Origin: Trichlorobacter lovleyi SZ
GTDB taxonomy: Bacteria; Desulfobacterota; Desulfuromonadia; Geobacterales; Pseudopelobacteraceae
Reading direction: 5' to 3'
Assembly: GCF_000020385.1 (NCBI RefSeq)
Contig: NC_010814.1
Span: forward strand, 660,001 to 692,000
Length of the DNA: 32,000 nucleotides
Every line of letters starts with the position of its first letter. Position 1 is the first letter of the stretch. The notes below the pieces were generated by a model, which saw only the letters and a list, made by a program, of their open reading frames with translations, did not search any database and was not told the DNA's origin. Positions 28,510 through 32,000 of this stretch are shown here, one piece after another. The translations under genes and the position numbers were made by a program.

Positions 28510-28810
28510 GAATAAAACTTCCATTGTTTTACTTATTTGTGCCCGAAGGTCGTGACCGGAAAAGTGGTAGTGGCGGGGTCTGTTTTTACATCTGGGGGAG
28601 CGTCCGAAAGGCCTGATTCAGGGAGGTGAGGCGCTGCTGGTGTGTGATCTGTAACTGTTGTCGGGGACAGGTACAACGTCCGCCGGGTTGAAGGGCGGCA
28701 GGACTGTCGTAAACAGCGCATCCTGCAGGGTGCCTCAACTGATATGAGCCGCTGCACGATCTACTGTGCTCCGGCCAGGATTAAAACACACTAAAAAATA
28801 GTGGTTTTTG

Positions 28811-28839
28811 TTGTCAACAGGTGCCGGGTAGACTATATA
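28811..28839 (+). promoter_or_regulatory. Predicted sigma70 promoter of the GAF-GGDEF-EAL gene
   Basis: TTGTCA (28811..28816), a 17-nt spacer, TATATA (28834..28839), preceded by an A/T-rich tract (28783..28810). It implies a leader of about 85 to 100 nt. Confidence 0.5.
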
Positions 28840-28928
28840 CAATCCTTCGAGTCCTTTGTCATAAAGGATTTTAATGGGGGTCCATCTTTCCGCGATCCAG
28901 TTGCCGCCGTTACGGTTTTCTTCTTCAT

Positions 28929-30902
28929 GTGAAGGCAGGGGCAGTCATGCAGACGTCACACAACCTTGAGGAAAAACTCAATCGGGCCAATCGGGCACTG
29001 CAACTGCTTTCGGCCAGCAATAGAGCTCTGCTCCGTGCCCGTGACGAATCCTCTCTGCTGCATGATATCTGCCGGATCGCGACTGAGATCGGCGGCTACT
29101 CCCTTAGCTGGATCGGCTACAAAAAGCTGGATGCCGCGCAATCCATCCGCCCAGTTGCCTATTCAGGTCACGACGAAGGATTTCTTTCCGCAGCCAATAT
29201 GTCGTGGGCAGATTGCAATCGCGGCCGCAGTGCCATGAGTACCGCCATCCGTGCCGGAATAACCCAGCTCAGGCCTGATATTCTGAATGATCCCCAACTC
29301 TCCTACTGGCATGAAGATGCCGGCAGGAGAAATTATCGTTCGGCAGTCGCACTGCCGCTGCAGGTTGACGGAGATACAATCGGTGCGATTGCCATCTACG
29401 CCCCTGAGCCGAACGCCTTCAACGATGAGGAGGTCAAACTGCTTGAAGAGTTGGCCAGCGACCTCTCCTTTGGTATCGAAACCATACGTCTGCGCACGGC
29501 CCATGAACATGCCAACGCACGTATTCACCGGTTGGCGTTTTTTGATACCCTGACCGGCCTGCCCAACCGGAACCATCTTGCTGGTCTGCTTGCCGACTCG
29601 ATCGCTGCTGCAAAGCAAAACAACAACCAATTAGCGCTGTTTTTGCTGGATCTTGATTATATCCGTGAGATCAATGAAACCTATGGACATGAGACCGGTG
29701 ACTGGATACTGGTTCAGGTGGCACAGAAGCTGTGCGGATTGGTTGATGACAGTGCGCTGGTAGCACGTTTTGGTGGCGATGACTTTATCATTATCTATGA
29801 GCAGAGCACGGTGCATAAAGTCAGAAACCTGGCAAAGCATATCCTGGCAGCCATCAAACAGCCGTTTCTGTTTGATGCGCGCTCCTTTTCAATCAGCGGG
29901 AGTATCGGTATCGCTTTTTATCCTGATGATGCCGATACTCCGACGGATCTGCTTTCAAGGGCTGATCTGGCAATGTCGAAGGTGAAGGGGGCGGGTGGCG
30001 GTTACTGTCTCTACAAAAGAGACATGAGCCATCTGCTGACCAGAAAGCTGGAACTGGTTCAGCGCCTTGAGTGCGCACTGGCAGAGGGTAACCTGCACCT
30101 GTATTACCAGCCGAAGGTTGAGTTGTACGCCGGTATGATGGTTGGGGCTGAGGCGTTGCTCCGTTGGCAGGATCCGGTGCTGGGGTGGGTGAGCCCGGCT
30201 GAGTTTATCCCGGTGGCAGAGGGACGCGGCTTGATGCCCCAAATTGGTGAGTGGGTTCTCAAAACCGCCTGTCAGCATATCAAGAGTTGGAAGAGTAAAG
30301 GGCTGAACTGCCGTGGTAAAATTGCCGTTAACGTTTCTGCTCAACAGTTTGGAGACCCCTATTTCCTTGAGCGGGTGGCACGGGTGCTTGAAGAAACCGG
30401 TGTGTTGCCATCCAATATTGAACTGGAGTTGACAGAAAGTTGCCTGATGGACGATCCGGAACGGATGTCCGAGATCATGAAGTCACTACGGGGGATGGGG
30501 TTCAGTATTGCAATCGATGACTTTGGTACCGGCTATTCATCACTGGCCTATCTCAAGCGGTTTCCGATCGATACCCTGAAAATAGACCAGACCTTTGTCA
30601 AAAATATGCTTGATGACAATAATGATAAGGCAATTATCTCGACCATTCTGGCGATTGCCAAACAAATGGGGCTGATGACGGTCGCTGAAGGGGTCGAGAC
30701 GGAAGAACAGCGTTGCGCGCTTCAAAAGCTCGGTTGTGTTCTGGCTCAGGGATATTATTTCTGTCGGCCGGAGCCGATGGACGACTTTACGGAAAAGAGG
30801 CTGAAAGCTGTCTGTTTGCTCCCGAAAAACAGTAATGCAAAACAGCCTGCGATGACTTCAGCGGGGCGTGTCAAGGAAGCTGCCGGTAGCAGTGCTGTAT
30901 AA
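28929..30902 (+). CDS. Cyclic-di-GMP signalling protein: GAF sensor, degenerate GGDEF (GGDDF) and intact EAL phosphodiesterase domains
   Basis: 657 aa. GAF-like N-terminal domain (SLSWIGYK...AVALPLQVDGDTIGAIAIY). GGDEF domain with DTLTGLPNR, and GGDDF at 29772..29786. EAL domain with EALLRW (EAL at 30150..30158), DDFGTGYSSL, KIDQTFV, AEGVETEEQ and QGYYFCRP. The track start is GTG at 28929. The ATG at 28947 has AGGGG 6 nt upstream and may be the true start. Confidence 0.92.
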   Translation: MKAGAVMQTSHNLEEKLNRANRALQLLSASNRALLRARDESSLLHDICRIATEIGGYSLSWIGYKKLDAAQSIRPVAYSGHDEGFLSAANMSWADCNRGRSAMSTAIRAGITQLRPDILNDPQLSYWHEDAGRRNYRSAVALPLQVDGDTIGAIAIYAPEPNAFNDEEVKLLEELASDLSFGIETIRLRTAHEHANARIHRLAFFDTLTGLPNRNHLAGLLADSIAAAKQNNNQLALFLLDLDYIREINETYGHETGDWILVQVAQKLCGLVDDSALVARFGGDDFIIIYEQSTVHKVRNLAKHILAAIKQPFLFDARSFSISGSIGIAFYPDDADTPTDLLSRADLAMSKVKGAGGGYCLYKRDMSHLLTRKLELVQRLECALAEGNLHLYYQPKVELYAGMMVGAEALLRWQDPVLGWVSPAEFIPVAEGRGLMPQIGEWVLKTACQHIKSWKSKGLNCRGKIAVNVSAQQFGDPYFLERVARVLEETGVLPSNIELELTESCLMDDPERMSEIMKSLRGMGFSIAIDDFGTGYSSLAYLKRFPIDTLKIDQTFVKNMLDDNNDKAIISTILAIAKQMGLMTVAEGVETEEQRCALQKLGCVLAQGYYFCRPEPMDDFTEKRLKAVCLLPKNSNAKQPAMTSAGRVKEAAGSSAV

Positions 30903-30917
30903 AAGGCTTGGTTTGAC

Positions 30918-30944
30918 AAAAAAAACGCCCGGTTACGGGCGTTT
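30918..30944. terminator. Bidirectional Rho-independent terminator between convergent genes (strongest on the minus strand)
   Basis: Stem AAACGCCCG (30923..30931) with CGGGCGTTT (30936..30944) and loop GTTA. Eight A on the plus strand (30918..30925) become a U8 tail for minus-strand transcripts. The plus-strand tail is only TTT. Confidence 0.85.
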
Positions 30945-30957
30945 GAGGGAGAGGATG

Positions 30958-31299
30958 CTATTTCTTGCGGCGGTCTGCTAATGAGACCACCTTCTGGCCT
31001 GCATCGGCAGGAGGGCTGCTCTTTGCCGCCTTGACCTGTGCTTCCAGTTTGCGCCGCTCTTCCTCAAGGGGAGAGATCAGCTTTTCAAGACGGAGGGGAG
31101 TGCCTCCCATAGTGAAGGGAGCCTCATCCAGCTGTTCTTCGTCCAAAATCCAGGTGAAAACCTGGAGCGGGAAGGTCAGTACCAGCAGTTTTACCTGCCA
31201 CCAGCCCGGCTTGACATCGGGCGTGATCTCTTCCAGGCGGGCATAGAAACCGGGCTTGTTGTCCACATGTACCAGTACCAGGTCGGATTCTAAAATCAT
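30958..31299 (-). CDS. Hypothetical 113-aa protein
   Basis: MILESDLVLVHVDNKPGFYARLEEITPDVKPGWWQVKLLVLTF... with a charged coiled-coil-like region and a basic C-terminal tail (RRKK). The track ORF extends to 31446, but that extension overlaps rnpB. The ATG at 31299 has AGGGAAAC upstream. I do not recognise a family. Confidence 0.6.
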   Translation of the reverse strand: MILESDLVLVHVDNKPGFYARLEEITPDVKPGWWQVKLLVLTFPLQVFTWILDEEQLDEAPFTMGGTPLRLEKLISPLEEERRKLEAQVKAAKSSPPADAGQKVVSLADRRKK

Positions 31300-31324
31300 G
31301 TAGGTTTCCCTTTGAATATTGAGA

Positions 31325-31703
31325 TATTGGTTGGAGCAGGCCGTAAGCCGGGTTCTGTTTCTGCCGGTGGTTACCCGACGGCAGATGATGATCATTCCTC
31401 TAGGATCACCGTTACCGGTGACCTCAAGCAGCCAACCCGGAGGCACGGGCGGGCCGCCCTTGACGCCTCCCTATTCGGCCTTGCTCCTGGCGGGGTTTAC
31501 CTGGCATCCGGTGTCACCACCGGACCCGGTGAGCTCTTACCTCACCCTTTCACCCTTACCCGTCGAAACGGGCGGACTTCTCTCTGTGGCACTTTCCCTG
31601 GGGTCGCCCCCGCTGGTGATTACCCAGCGCCCTGCCCTATGGAGCCCGGACTTTCCTCCCTCTGACCTGGGTCAGACAGCGATCATCTGGCCTACTCCAA
31701 CCA
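31325..31703 (-). ncRNA. rnpB: RNase P RNA, bacterial type A
   Basis: The minus strand reads GGTTGGAGTAGGCC...GGGAGGAAAGTCCGGGCTCCATAGGGCAGGG...ACAGAGAG...GGTAAGGGTGAAAGGGTG.GGTAAGAGC.CACC...GGTAAAC.CC.CC.GGAGCAAGGCC.AATAGGG...GGCTGCTTGAG...ACAGAACCCGGCTTA.GGCCTGCTCCAACC. This tracks E. coli M1 RNA block by block. A 14-bp P1 helix forms between 31689..31702 and 31329..31342 (one G-U pair). The ends are approximate, within a few nt. Confidence 0.95.
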
Positions 31704-31883
31704 AACTGCTGAAAAACTACTGTGAAGACCGTCGATTGCGTTGTGTGGTGCTTGCTTCTGCGCTGATCAATTATCTATGTAGTGGGGGGAGATGCCCCCG
31801 TGCGCTGCCTCGTCGGTCTTCCGCATGACGTTTTTCGCTACTATGCCAAACAGGACACCATCGTCGCTGCTTAATCGTATCTA

Positions 31884-32000
31884 CTACTCTGCCGCTGCTG
31901 CCGGTTCCTGTTTCAGAACCAGAATCCGCTGGCAATGGGGGCAGAAGTACATCTCGTCTCCTTTAAACAGCATGTTGTACAGCTGGGGCGGCAGTTGCAT
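31884..32000 (-). CDS. C-terminal 38 codons of a zinc-ribbon protein (COG1579/DUF164-like); the 5' part lies beyond the window end
   Basis: The minus-strand frame is open from the window edge to TAG TAG (31886..31881). It encodes ...QLPPQLYNMLFKGDEMYFCPHCQRILVLKQEPAAAAE. The LPxQ...(D/E)...xCxxCxRIL tail resembles the C-terminal Zn-ribbon of COG1579 proteins. The fragment is short, so the call is tentative. Confidence 0.55.
   Translation of the reverse strand: MQLPPQLYNMLFKGDEMYFCPHCQRILVLKQEPAAAAE

Noticed and set aside
28533-28757. 74-aa minus-strand ORF in the mraZ/GGDEF-EAL intergenic region, considered as a possible small gene.
   Set aside because: It has a GTG start with no RBS, a Thr/Pro/Arg-rich composition and no motif. 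I treat it as non-coding, but the interval itself is flagged as unexplained in the findings.
28510-28928. GEMM-I/II cyclic-dinucleotide riboswitch, which is common in Geobacter, upstream of the GGDEF-EAL gene or in the long intergenic region.
   Set aside because: Neither strand contains the hallmark GCACAGGGCAAACC, GACGCAAAGCC or ACGCAC-type cores. Only a weak A/U-rich 6-bp hairpin (TCCTTT-GTCAT-AAAGGA, 28852..28868) is present in the leader.
31784-31800. GGGGG-agatg-CCCCC hairpin, considered as a terminator of the upstream zinc-ribbon gene or as part of the rnpB promoter. I also looked for a sigma70 promoter for rnpB in 31704..31780.
   Set aside because: The stem is only 5 to 6 bp with no U-tract. 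I could not find a -35/-10 pair with acceptable spacing upstream of the rnpB 5' end, so neither feature is reported.
31312-31828. Plus-strand ORFs of 117 and 169 aa (31312..31665, 31319..31828) and the 49-codon N-terminal extension of the minus-strand ORF 30958..31446.
   Set aside because: All of them overlap the RNase P RNA gene, and the Pro/Gly/Ser-rich translations are artefacts of the structured GC-rich RNA. The minus-strand protein most plausibly starts at the ATG at 31299.
1-32000. Mobile elements, CRISPR arrays, tRNA or rRNA genes, toxin-antitoxin or defence islands, and large direct or tandem repeats.
   Set aside because: I saw no transposase, integrase or recombinase-like ORFs, no regularly spaced repeats, no tRNA-like cloverleaf candidates in the intergenic gaps, and no abrupt compositional break. 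The window reads as a conserved core chromosome.

Overview
This is a core-chromosome window from a moderately GC-rich bacterium. The gene content looks Geobacter-like or Desulfuromonadales-like (futalosine-pathway mqnD, an SfrB/SfrA-like oxidoreductase pair, FtsI with a C-terminal PASTA-like tail), but that is inference only. About 18 kb on the minus strand (10443..28423) is a complete dcw cell-division/cell-wall cluster in canonical order: mraZ-rsmH-ftsL-ftsI-murE-murF-mraY-murD-ftsW-murG-murC-murB-ddl-ftsQ-ftsA-ftsZ. The genes mostly abut or overlap. Upstream of mraZ there is a near-consensus sigma70 promoter followed by three phased GTGG repeats that look like a MraZ operator. The left flank (minus strand) carries a TerC-family membrane protein (truncated by the window edge), a YkgJ-type Cys-cluster protein, mqnD, yaiI and an M29-like aminopeptidase. 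On the plus strand it then carries an SfrB-like/SfrA-like NAD(P)H-dependent iron-sulfur oxidoreductase pair and a radical SAM gene translationally coupled to a 60-aa Cys-rich ORF. The right flank carries a divergently transcribed GAF-GGDEF(degenerate)-EAL gene, a 113-aa hypothetical gene, a type-A RNase P RNA (rnpB, hidden under spurious ORFs in the supplied track) and the 3' tail of a COG1579-like zinc-ribbon gene. I found no transposases, integrases, CRISPR arrays, tRNA or rRNA genes, or defence-type genes. I do not see a convincing novel multi-gene system, and most of the window is ordinary housekeeping sequence. The leads worth a second look are the radical SAM plus microprotein unit, rnpB running into a small ORF with no terminator between them, a ~300-bp unexplained non-coding stretch between the two divergent promoters, and a perfect in-frame palindrome in the murG linker.
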